DNA from: an uncultured Candidatus Saccharimonadales bacterium
GTDB lineage: Bacteria; Patescibacteriota; Saccharimonadia; UBA4664
Assembly: GCA_964467655.1 (NCBI GenBank)
Contig: CAYXSN010000009.1
Span: 85 to 64,084 of the forward strand
DNA length: 64,000 nucleotides
Direction: 5' to 3'
Shown in pieces: positions 39,056 through 47,693 of this stretch. The translations under genes were made by a program, and so were the position numbers. The notes beneath the pieces are model-generated. The model did not search any database. It had not been told where the DNA came from and was given only the letters and a program-made list of their open reading frames with translations. Position 1 is the first letter of the stretch. Every line of letters starts with the position of its first letter.

Positions 39056-39751
39056 TCAAATAACATTATACCCCTTGTCGGCTGTAAACTCTATTTGTTC
39101 GTAGACGGCACTTGGCTGGCCATAGTATTTAGCCCACTCTTTATCGCCATATGAAAAGTGCCACCACTCACCGTCAAAAGGAGCGAAGCCGACTTGCATC
39201 ATGACCTTACGGAGCAGTTGCCGATTACTTTGCGCTTCTTCGCTGATGAATGGCGAAAAAGTAAAAGAATCTTTAACAAACTCCCAAATCAGTGTGCCCA
39301 TATCTAGCGGCTTTCCATTTTTAGTTATTTGAATATCTATGGCCCCGCCTGTAGGGTGACCGGCAATTTCAGGGACTGCAATTAACTGGTGAGTGGCTTG
39401 TAGCAACTCTCTGCCTGTAAATTCTTTTTCCAACAGTTTTTTGTATTTCAAAAACAGTTTTTGCTGGATACTTAGCGCCCTGTAGCCGTAGACCACCTGA
39501 AGTTGAAGTTCAGGATTGTTTTTCGCCAACAGATTCGCCGCCTTAGTCAGTTTTGCTAGTACACTTTGTCGTACAAAAATTAAGTCACCGGTATATACCC
39601 GCATGTCATTGTTTATTGGCTTAGTTGTTAGTTTTTTAGTCGATGTAATGGGTACCAACTTTTCTTGTATCGGTTTAACAGGTACGCCAACCAAATCGGC
39701 GTACCTGACCATTTTATTTTCGAGCGATTTATAGGTTGCTTGTTTACTCAT
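39056..39751 (-). CDS. M15D D-Ala-D-Ala dipeptidase-like protein
   Basis: YGYR....Q, GHPTGGAIDI, DMGT, EWWHFSYGD. Confidence 0.9.
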   Translation of the reverse strand: MSKQATYKSLENKMVRYADLVGVPVKPIQEKLVPITSTKKLTTKPINNDMRVYTGDLIFVRQSVLAKLTKAANLLAKNNPELQLQVVYGYRALSIQQKLFLKYKKLLEKEFTGRELLQATHQLIAVPEIAGHPTGGAIDIQITKNGKPLDMGTLIWEFVKDSFTFSPFISEEAQSNRQLLRKVMMQVGFAPFDGEWWHFSYGDKEWAKYYGQPSAVYEQIEFTADKGYNVI

Positions 39752-41109
39752 GACAAACTCAATTCACCGTCGTACAGGACGGCGACTTTGCCAGCGATAT
39801 TAGAGGCAACCACTTCGCCTGAAGCACTATCTATGGCAGCTTCGGTTGTAATGCGTTCACCTGATGGCTGAATGACTTCAAGCCTCTGGTTTTGCTTAGT
39901 ATCTATAGCGGAGGCAACTCCTATAGCGCATGTACCGCTACCACATGCCGTCTCATCAAAAACAGTATTTACTTCTTTAACCCAGACACCAAATTCAGCC
40001 TTTTTGCTAGTCCTATCGTAGTAGGTCACGCCAACAGCAGGTTGTCCGGCCAAGTCATATTTATTTTGCTCTAGCAGCTCAGTAAGCAGTTCGCGCGGTG
40101 TTCGGTCTTGTTGCAGCGTTGCATCTGTAACTACCAGCTGGGCAATACCATCAAGCCGCACAAGAGTTCCTTCTGCAACTTTAGAGGTCAGGCCTCCATT
40201 TTGTGGTAGTGGCATTTCAACTGCAATTACCCTATCTCTGACACTGAAGTTAAGTGGCCTATCTACGCCTGACACTTCAATCATGCCCTGGTAATCTTTT
40301 CCTTCCGTAATGAGCTGAATGACGCTGCGCGTGGCATTGCCACAAAACTCGCCGCCAAACATTTCTACCCGAGCAATCGCTTCCTTACCTTTTGGCAAGG
40401 TAACAAAACAGCACTGCTCAACTTCCGGTTGTTCGGCTTCTTGGTTCTTCCAAGCTGCCATGACTAGCGAGTTTAGTTCTTCTCTGTCGGTGTTTAACAT
40501 TTGGTCAAAAACGACAGCAGTAGTGTTACCAGACGGGTAAACAATGGCCGCACGTTTTAGTGACTTAGGCTTTTCCATCTCATTCTCCTTAAGGTTCTTT
40601 ATTAGGTAGACACGCTCATCAAGGGCGAGCTTTCCATCTTGTCGTGTTTGGGCAACGACTTCAGTTATTGGCTGGCCGACAAAGCCTTCTGAGCTATAGA
40701 GCCCAATGGCCTTGTCATTACGTGTAGTTGTGCGTATCTCTAGAGCGGTAGGCTCTCGGTCAAGTGCTTTTTCAATCAGGGCTCTTAGAGTTCGACGGCC
40801 AAGCCCTTGTCCCTGTCTACGCGGGTCAACCGCGAGCTCTTCGATGTAGTAGACGCCTCTGGCTTTCATGAATCCACCAGCTAATGCGATAACTTCATCG
40901 TTGGTTTGACCGGTCACAAGGTCACCGTTTTTATCCAGAATGTACTGCAAGGCATCTACCGCTTCTGCATCGGTGAAAGCCTCGTCGTATGGTGGATTTC
41001 CAAAAGCTCTTTGGTAAGTGCCGATCGCAGTATTGACTTGTCTTTGACTTAACTCGGCTATATCTGTCACTGGCACAATTTGTAGTGCCTCGGTATATTC
41101 AATTCTCAT
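39748..41109 (-). CDS. GNAT acetyltransferase fused to a DapF-fold CntK (histidine racemase)-like domain
   Basis: GNAT: ELAVDPRRQGQGLG, N.KA.GLY...GF; racemase: PSGNTT, EMFGGEFCGNATRS, ETACGSGT, QPSG. Confidence 0.82.
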   Translation of the reverse strand: MRIEYTEALQIVPVTDIAELSQRQVNTAIGTYQRAFGNPPYDEAFTDAEAVDALQYILDKNGDLVTGQTNDEVIALAGGFMKARGVYYIEELAVDPRRQGQGLGRRTLRALIEKALDREPTALEIRTTTRNDKAIGLYSSEGFVGQPITEVVAQTRQDGKLALDERVYLIKNLKENEMEKPKSLKRAAIVYPSGNTTAVVFDQMLNTDREELNSLVMAAWKNQEAEQPEVEQCCFVTLPKGKEAIARVEMFGGEFCGNATRSVIQLITEGKDYQGMIEVSGVDRPLNFSVRDRVIAVEMPLPQNGGLTSKVAEGTLVRLDGIAQLVVTDATLQQDRTPRELLTELLEQNKYDLAGQPAVGVTYYDRTSKKAEFGVWVKEVNTVFDETACGSGTCAIGVASAIDTKQNQRLEVIQPSGERITTEAAIDSASGEVVASNIAGKVAVLYDGELSLS

Positions 41110-41144
41110 AGTTCTATCCTTTATTGATTAACTTCTTCAAATAC

Positions 41145-41169
41145 AAAAACGCCAGCTTCGTGCTGGCGT
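41145..41169 (-). terminator. intrinsic terminator, candidate attenuator
   Basis: Minus strand: acgccagc-acgaa-gctggcgt-tttt. Confidence 0.8.
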
Positions 41170-41193
41170 CTATCGTTTATCTGAAGTGACTAT

Positions 41194-41526
41194 TTAATCA
41201 GCACGGGCTGGCGGAATATGTGAATGGTGGTGACTAACGGTTTGTAAGGCGGCTTGGTAGCCGTTACAACCGTTTTGCAACCACTCACTAATGCGGGCAA
41301 CGGTGCGACTGCTTAGCTTTGTTGTAGCAACGATTTCTGCATATTTTTTGCCTTCTGTAAGCATGCGGGCGGCTTCAAATCGTGCGCTAATCTCCACAAT
41401 CTCTTTTTCGGTCATAACATCACGCAGAAAGTTCTGCATTGTAGATTCATCAGGGATAGCAAGCAACACCTCAACCAATTGTTGGGCATTAACATCCTTC
41501 CATACTTTACTTACATCTTGCGACAT
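41194..41526 (-). CDS. YerC/YecD TrpR-like (HisR-type) repressor with His-rich C-terminus
   Basis: FLRDVMT.KEI..IS.RFEAARML..GK.Y.EI...T..SSRTVARIS.WL..G..GY; ends SHHHSHIPPARAD. Confidence 0.9.
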   Translation of the reverse strand: MSQDVSKVWKDVNAQQLVEVLLAIPDESTMQNFLRDVMTEKEIVEISARFEAARMLTEGKKYAEIVATTKLSSRTVARISEWLQNGCNGYQAALQTVSHHHSHIPPARAD

Positions 41527-41532
41527 GAATGA

Positions 41533-41562
41533 CAGTTTACCAAAGTAAAGTGAATTTGTCAA
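41533..41562 (-). promoter_or_regulatory. promoter and palindromic operator of the yerC-like gene
   Basis: TTGACA-17-TAAACT, 7 nt to ATG; CACTTTACTTTGGTAAACTG (14/20 palindromic) overlaps the -10. Confidence 0.75.
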
Positions 41563-41824
41563 TAACTTCTTTGCAAATCAATCGGTCATGGAACCCGGTC
41601 ACCTTTCCCGCTGCTTGGTTGCTATAGGGCTTTACAGTCACTTTCGGAACCAGATTACGGAGGCAAGTTGACTAATTACGATCGTTTTTCCGGTTCCAAC
41701 CGATTCAGAAGGTATAGGAACCGGACTCGAACTTATTGACAGGGGTAAATTTTTAAGAAGTAAACTCTAAAAATAAAGAAAGACCGGTCTAGGACACCAG
41801 TCTCACCTCTGTTAATGCTTGATT

Positions 41825-41899
41825 TGGCTCCGGAGGTCGGGCTCGAACCGACGACCCAACGGTTAACAGCCGTTTGCTCTACCACTGAGCTACTCCGGA
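41825..41899 (-). tRNA. tRNA-Asn (GTT)
   Basis: TCCGGAG TA GCTCAGTGGTAGAGC A AACGG CT GTT AA CCGTT ... GTCGG TTCGAGC CCGAC CTCCGGA G CCA. Confidence 0.97.
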
Positions 41900-41931
41900 A
41901 TATGTGGTACGTCCCAGATTATAACTTTGAC

Positions 41932-43152
41932 CTATTGTCCGGTCAATGGCGCAAGCCGGTAAATAGTATCGTCGCCGGTCCGCACTGTGCCTCGGCCGTC
42001 GCGGTTGGACGTCAGCACATACAGCGCTCCGTCAGGCCCCTGAATCACGTCGCGCAACCGGCCCACATTCAGTTCACTCAGCTTGGTGGAGCTGATAACG
42101 CTTTGGCCATCGGCGCTCAAATCCAGGTCGTACAACCCAGTGCCGGCTAGCCCCGTTACCAACAAATGGCCTTTCAACTGCGGAATAAGTGAGCCGTTAT
42201 AAAACGAGATGCCACTAGGGGCGATCGCCGGCGTATACACCTTCAAAGGACTCACATATTTACTATCAGTCCGCGTGTGACTGACGACCGGCCAGCCGTA
42301 ATTGGCGCCGCGGGCAATCAGGTTGATCTCGTCGCCACCAGGATCGCCGTCCCAGCCTGATGGCCCATGCTCACTGGCGTACAACCGGCCGGTACCCGGT
42401 TGCCAGGCTAGCCCTTGAGGGTTCCGGTGGCCGAGCGTCCAAATGGGGGAGCCGGTATAGGGGTTGTCGGCCGGAATGCTGCCGTCGGGGTTCACCCTCA
42501 GGATTTTGCCGCCCAGGCTGGCCTTGTCTTGGGCCTGGGCTCGCTGGCTGGCGTCGCCGGTCGTAATGTAGAGTTTGCCATCTTCGGGTCCAAAGCCCAG
42601 CCGGCAACCAGCGTGGTTGGCCGCCGCCGGTATACCGTCGATCACGGTGGTCATGGGGCCAACGCTCGTTCCGCGGTCCTCAAACCTCACCACTTTGTCG
42701 CGGTAAGCGCCGGCCGATTTGTAGGCATAGCAGGCGTACAACAGCTTGTTTGAGCCGTAAGCCGGGTCTTTGGCCAGGCCCATTAGGCCTTCTTCGCTGA
42801 CGTTTGAGATGTCGCCCAAAGTAAACAGCGGAGCCGGCAGCAACTTACCATTTTCGATTACCCGTAGCCGCCCCGCCCGCTCGGTCACCAACGCCCGTGA
42901 ATCGCTGGTAAATAGTAGACTCCACGGCACCACTAGGTCTTGCACCCAAGGTTTGGCCGCCACGGCCACCGGTGAGGGCACTGGGGTAGGGGAAGTCGGC
43001 ACCAGCGACGCCGTCGGCCCCGGAGTCATGAGCGGCAATGCCAGGCCCTCGCGCCGGACCCACCAGGCACCAGCCGCCAACACAGCAGCCACCACGAGTA
43101 CCACACCAAAGCGCCAGGTATCGCGGGGGTGATGGTAGGTCAAGCGTTTCAT
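41932..43152 (-). CDS. PQQ-dependent sugar dehydrogenase (GSDH beta-propeller), membrane-anchored
   Basis: PWSL.F, GLMGLA.DP, HAGCRLGFGP.DGKLYITTGD, GHRNPQG, EHGP, GRLRDV. Confidence 0.92.
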   Translation of the reverse strand: MKRLTYHHPRDTWRFGVVLVVAAVLAAGAWWVRREGLALPLMTPGPTASLVPTSPTPVPSPVAVAAKPWVQDLVVPWSLLFTSDSRALVTERAGRLRVIENGKLLPAPLFTLGDISNVSEEGLMGLAKDPAYGSNKLLYACYAYKSAGAYRDKVVRFEDRGTSVGPMTTVIDGIPAAANHAGCRLGFGPEDGKLYITTGDASQRAQAQDKASLGGKILRVNPDGSIPADNPYTGSPIWTLGHRNPQGLAWQPGTGRLYASEHGPSGWDGDPGGDEINLIARGANYGWPVVSHTRTDSKYVSPLKVYTPAIAPSGISFYNGSLIPQLKGHLLVTGLAGTGLYDLDLSADGQSVISSTKLSELNVGRLRDVIQGPDGALYVLTSNRDGRGTVRTGDDTIYRLAPLTGQ

Positions 43153-43270
43153 AAACCCCATTGTACACTGTCGCTTCACCGCCGCCCCCGCCCCCGTGCC
43201 CAGCATGAGGGCGGCTGTATGGTGATAACTCTCAGCCGGCTCCCAGCGAATTGAGCGTATAATCCAAGGC

Positions 43271-43954
43271 ATGAGAATCCTAGTCGTCGAAGACGAGCAC
43301 AAAATTGCCGGCGCCATCAAGCGCGGTTTAGAGCAAGAAGCCTATGCGGTTGACGTAGCCTATGACGGCGATGAAGGCTTAAGCTCAGCCCTCACCGGAG
43401 AATACGATGTAATAGTCCTCGACAGAATGCTCCCGGGCTTGCTCGATGGCGTCGATATCATCAAGGAAGTGCGCGCCGAAAACATTAGGACGCCCATCAT
43501 CCTGCTAACCGCCAAGGACAAGGTGGCCGACAGGGTAGCAGGCCTCAATGCCGGCGCCGACGATTATCTGGTAAAGCCCTTTGCCTTCGAGGAATTACTC
43601 GCCCGCATCAGGGCCTTGCTCAGACGCCCCCAAGACGTCGGTTCAAATGTATTGAGCTGCAATGACCTCACCATGGACACCTCAACCTACGAGGTCAAAC
43701 GGGCCGGCCGCAAGCTGACTTTGAGCCAGAGAGAGTACGCTCTCCTCGAATATCTGCTTCGCAACCAAAACCGGATTCTTTCCAAATCAAATATTATTAG
43801 TCACGTTTGGGATTACGACGCCGACATTTTACCCAACACCCTTGAAGTCTATATTGGCTATCTTAGAGCTAAAGTTGACAGGCCGTTTCGGGGCCCCGAA
43901 CTCATCCATACTGCCCGGGGATTTGGCTACAAGCTCGGCGTCGACGATAATTAA
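43271..43954 (+). CDS. OmpR-family response regulator
   Basis: LVVEDE, LDRMLPG, GADDYLVKPF, TARGFGY. Confidence 0.96.
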   Translation: MRILVVEDEHKIAGAIKRGLEQEAYAVDVAYDGDEGLSSALTGEYDVIVLDRMLPGLLDGVDIIKEVRAENIRTPIILLTAKDKVADRVAGLNAGADDYLVKPFAFEELLARIRALLRRPQDVGSNVLSCNDLTMDTSTYEVKRAGRKLTLSQREYALLEYLLRNQNRILSKSNIISHVWDYDADILPNTLEVYIGYLRAKVDRPFRGPELIHTARGFGYKLGVDDN

Positions 43955-43957
43955 TAC

Positions 43958-44998
43958 ATGTTTCGCTCAGCCGCCGCCAAATTAACCCTCTGGTACCTGG
44001 CACTCATCATGGTGGTGTCAGGGCTATTCAGTGTAGCCCTCTACCAGGTATCAATGAGGCAAATCACCGAAAATGTGCGGCAACAGCGATCAGTATTAAA
44101 CCGCGGGCCTTGGCCCGACACCTTTGACGATCGCCGCCACGCCCTCAATGATTACCTCGATGCCGAGCTCGATTCGGCCCAAGATCGGCTAGTGAATTGG
44201 CTGCTCCTCCTCAATAGTGGCATGCTCCTGCTGGGGGCCAGCGTTTCATACTACCTAGCCCGGCGGACACTCCAGCCCATCCAGGAAGCCATGGAACTAC
44301 AAGGCCGCTTTACCTCCGATGCCAGCCATGAACTGCGCACACCTCTGACGGCTATGCGCTCAGAGATTGAGGTGGCTTTGCGCGATAAGCAGCTCTCGGC
44401 CACCGATGCCCGGGGGCTCTTGGCCTCAAACCTCGAAGAAATTGCAAAGCTTGAATCTTTGTCTGCCGGTTTACTCAGGCTAGCTCGCTCCGAAAACGGC
44501 CTCGATCCCAGTGTTATCAAAGCCACTCCAGCCACCGACATCATCAATGACGCCGCCGAGCGATTTGCGGCGGCCGTAGCCACTGCCGGTGTTGAGCTCG
44601 AATTGGCCCCTGGTCATCACGGCATCACCGGCGACAAAGACAGCCTGGTAGAGCTGGTCGCTATTCTCATCGATAACGCCATCAAATACTCGCCATCAGG
44701 CGGTACCGTCAAAGCCACCAGTTCAGTGTCAGGCCATCACGTCGTCATCACCGTATCAGATGAGGGCATGGGCATACCCGAAGCCGCCCGGGCCCACATT
44801 TTCGACCGGTTCTACCGGGCCGATACCTCGCGCGCCCGTGATTCTGGCGAGCAGCCCGGCGGCCATGGCTTGGGCCTGTCGATCGCCAAACGGATTGTCG
44901 ACCTGCACCACGGTACCATCAGTGTGAGTTCAAAACCAGGCAGGGGGAGTACATTTACCGTAAGGCTCCCCGCTCCGGCCAAACAGCGTACCAGATAA
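43958..44998 (+). CDS. sensor histidine kinase
   Basis: 2 TMs; DASHELRTPL, DNAIKYS, DEGMGI, GLGLSIA. Confidence 0.96.
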   Translation: MFRSAAAKLTLWYLALIMVVSGLFSVALYQVSMRQITENVRQQRSVLNRGPWPDTFDDRRHALNDYLDAELDSAQDRLVNWLLLLNSGMLLLGASVSYYLARRTLQPIQEAMELQGRFTSDASHELRTPLTAMRSEIEVALRDKQLSATDARGLLASNLEEIAKLESLSAGLLRLARSENGLDPSVIKATPATDIINDAAERFAAAVATAGVELELAPGHHGITGDKDSLVELVAILIDNAIKYSPSGGTVKATSSVSGHHVVITVSDEGMGIPEAARAHIFDRFYRADTSRARDSGEQPGGHGLGLSIAKRIVDLHHGTISVSSKPGRGSTFTVRLPAPAKQRTR

Positions 44999-45095
44999 AA
45001 GGGCCAAAAATAATCAAAACAACGGCGAGCAGGATACGGCCGATCACCGGCGCCGCATCACGGGCCTGAGTTGTAGGCTGGTCCGGCTCTAAAAT

Positions 45096-45116
45096 AAAAA
45101 AATCCCCACTGGGGAT
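45096..45116 (-). terminator. terminator of the TPM-domain gene
   Basis: atcccc-act-ggggat with an A-run on the plus strand. Confidence 0.5.
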
Positions 45117-45171
45117 GGAGGGCCAATCATCTGATTAGCTGGTCTCCGTCCCCAGTGGGTAGTGCATCTCT

Positions 45172-47559
45172 TTACCAGGTGTTGCTTCCGCCGCTGGTGC
45201 CGCTACTACCTGAACCACTCCAGATAGAACTGCCACCCCAGGTACCGCTGCCGGTTCCCGGGATTTCAACGTGAGGGTAGCTCGGTGTTGAGTAGGCTTG
45301 ACGCCTTCTCTCGGCTTCTTGGTCTGCCCGCCGCTGAGCAGCCACCCTCTGACGTTCTGCCTCGGCTGCAGCAGCCGCAGCCTCGGCAGCTTCACGCTGT
45401 CGTCGGATACGCTGGCGCTCAGCCTCGGCCGCCGCTTCACGTTGGCGCTGGATCTCCAGCACTCGCTCGCGCACCGGCCTAAAAGCCTGCTCAGCCAATG
45501 CTGCCGCTCGCTGGGCCGCCTTGATCTTATCGGCCGGCACAGCACCATCATCAGCCACCAGCTGATTGAGATCCTTGAGCGCCTTGTGGGCGGCCTCCAG
45601 AGCCTCCTGATCCTCCGGCCTCACATGACTGCCGTGATCCTGTTGGTATTCGCGGGCGTTAGCCACAGCTGCCTGGGCAGACGTTGCCTCATCGATGGCA
45701 CGCTGTCGCTCACGCTCAGCGACCTGGTGCTCATTCATGACTGCCTTGAAGACCGCGTCGATCCGGAGGTCGGCCTCACGAATCGCGTTAGCTGCTGCCA
45801 GAGGATCAAGCGGTTCCACGTGGCACAGTTGCTCGGCTTCAGCCAGCATTTCGGCGACACTCACCAACTCAGCCTTGTGGGCGTCGCCGGCATCGGTGTC
45901 GAAATCATGCTCGGCTTTCCGTGCTTGCTCGAGGGCCTGTTGGGCCGCCTTCAGCAAGCGGGGTAGATCGGCAGCCGTGTCGTCAAGGCTTGAGGCCAGT
46001 GTCTGAACCGACCGCATCTGCGATTTGACTTCGGCAAGCTGCTTCTCTGCCTGAACCAACTGGCTGTCCGCAGTATCCAGATCGCCGCTAGTGAGACTGG
46101 CGGTCGCTGCTTCTAGCTGCTTCTGAGCATCTGCCAGCAAGGCTGTCGATTTGGCACCGTTACCCTTGAGCTGTTCCCAGGCACTCGGTGCATAGGTAGA
46201 GCTTAGGCGAGTAATGATGCCAGTGGCTTGCTCAATACTAGCCATAGCTTGGGCAGTTATTGGCTGCAATTTCTGCAACTTGGCCGCAATAGCCTCACGC
46301 CGGTCCTTGATCTGCTGTAGTGCAGGCACTAACTGGTCGATCTCAGCATTTGCTAGTTCAAGCAGAATGACGGCAATCACGTCTCTCCCGGCCTGCTTGT
46401 GGTCATTGGCTGTCGCCAAGTCTCCTCGCACTTTGTCCAACTTGGCAGCCAGGTCATCGGGAGTCCAGCCTCCCTTGATCAGATCTTGCACCAAGCCAGC
46501 TGTCGCAACGTAACGGGCCTGAGACGTCAGCAGTTCAGCAGCACACCGGCTGACTCGGGAGTCAAAATCAGATACATGATCAGAGATCTGGTGCGCCGTC
46601 TGCTGCCAGCCAGGCATTCCGGCAGTGAGTACTGGAGCACGAGTGCCCGCTTGTTGCAGACCGGCCGCGGCAGCCTGAAGCTGGTTGAGCCATCCGGGTG
46701 CCAGGGGGTGCTCGTCTCGCGACAGTACTTCGACCCTTCTGATGAGCTCAGTCAAGGTCGACTGCAGTCGAGTAGCATCTGCTAATAGCTGCCGGTGACG
46801 CCGTCGCTCTCGCATCAAGCGAGACACCCTGTCCCATCCGACGGATATCACGGAGAACAGCACGACGATTCCGATTACCCCCAGAATGATCCTGACGAGC
46901 CATTTCAAGGCCGTACCAATCCATGACCAATCAGTCGGTGTCGAGTCTGATCGTGGCGTTTCGGTCACTGGCACTTCGCCGGGAACACCCGCCGGCTCAC
47001 CTGGAATCGGTGTAATCGGATCTGCGCCAACCGGTGCCGGATGCAGTACTTGGTACGACTGCTGCATGGCAGTCGCCATACCTCGAGCAAATTCGCCCTC
47101 TTTGAACAGGGGCGTCATGGTGTTGAGGCGGATACGCTCTTCGGCGCCGCTACCCACCAGAGCCGGACCGAAAGTGTCACCGGCATAGATCGCCAGTTCT
47201 CGGTGGCCAGGGTGGTTGGCGGTATCAAGTGACACCATGAAAAACAGCGAGCTGGCGGCCTGGCGCCCCTGAGCGTCCCGCCAGTTTGGGCAGTCGGCAA
47301 TCGAAGCCGTCAGGGTTGCTCGCAAGCTCTCCCGAACTTTGGGGTATGTTCGCACAACAACGACGGTGCCGGGGGCCAATGTCTCGAGCTGATCGGCCGC
47401 ACTACTAACGGCGGCAATATCGCCTTTGAACAAATTGGCGCCATCGACAATTGTCGAAGTGCATTGAGTCTCGGTCGGTAACGTGCTGATCGCGCTAATT
47501 GCCGGCAACCAGCTCATAGCGGCCATGACCAAAGTGGCCATGAGATGGCGTACTCGCAT
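45172..47559 (-). CDS. TPM-domain membrane protein with long coiled coil and Gly/Ser tail
   Basis: Signal peptide; IVDGANLF...PLFKEGEFARG; TM; Ala/Gln-rich coiled coil; ...GGSNTW end. Confidence 0.75.
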   Translation of the reverse strand: MRVRHLMATLVMAAMSWLPAISAISTLPTETQCTSTIVDGANLFKGDIAAVSSAADQLETLAPGTVVVVRTYPKVRESLRATLTASIADCPNWRDAQGRQAASSLFFMVSLDTANHPGHRELAIYAGDTFGPALVGSGAEERIRLNTMTPLFKEGEFARGMATAMQQSYQVLHPAPVGADPITPIPGEPAGVPGEVPVTETPRSDSTPTDWSWIGTALKWLVRIILGVIGIVVLFSVISVGWDRVSRLMRERRRHRQLLADATRLQSTLTELIRRVEVLSRDEHPLAPGWLNQLQAAAAGLQQAGTRAPVLTAGMPGWQQTAHQISDHVSDFDSRVSRCAAELLTSQARYVATAGLVQDLIKGGWTPDDLAAKLDKVRGDLATANDHKQAGRDVIAVILLELANAEIDQLVPALQQIKDRREAIAAKLQKLQPITAQAMASIEQATGIITRLSSTYAPSAWEQLKGNGAKSTALLADAQKQLEAATASLTSGDLDTADSQLVQAEKQLAEVKSQMRSVQTLASSLDDTAADLPRLLKAAQQALEQARKAEHDFDTDAGDAHKAELVSVAEMLAEAEQLCHVEPLDPLAAANAIREADLRIDAVFKAVMNEHQVAERERQRAIDEATSAQAAVANAREYQQDHGSHVRPEDQEALEAAHKALKDLNQLVADDGAVPADKIKAAQRAAALAEQAFRPVRERVLEIQRQREAAAEAERQRIRRQREAAEAAAAAAEAERQRVAAQRRADQEAERRRQAYSTPSYPHVEIPGTGSGTWGGSSIWSGSGSSGTSGGSNTW

Positions 47560-47693
47560 GACGGACTCCCTTCGTGGAAGCTGTGAAGGTTCATAGATCT
47601 GTTATCTTGTTGTGATAACTCGGCATATTCTATAACCATTCAGCTGATATGTCAATCAACATACAAGACCGCCACTGCGCTACAATAGTCCTC

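Larger units (their letters stand above)
34881..41899. mobile_element. tandem integrated islets at the 3' end of tRNA-Asn
   Basis: TGGCTCC core (reverse complement of the tRNA 3' end) at 34881, 36371, 38972 and 41825; truncated recombinase; AT-richer cargo. Confidence 0.7.

Noticed and set aside
17889-39751. VanW-like and VanX-like genes as a vancomycin resistance cluster
   Set aside because: They are about 20 kb apart with no vanA/vanH ligase or dehydrogenase; both families are widespread outside resistance loci.
39748-41109. Staphylopine-type metallophore locus or lysine-pathway dapF
   Set aside because: No nicotianamine synthase-like, opine dehydrogenase or Cnt transporter genes, and no dap/lys context.
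41600-41824. Another recombinase remnant next to tRNA-Asn
   Set aside because: Only a weak resemblance (IVFP...EGIGT.LEL) interrupted by stops; cannot be supported without a search.
41815-42150. 111-aa ORF overlapping the tRNA
   Set aside because: It is antisense to tRNA-Asn and the GSDH gene, so a shadow ORF.
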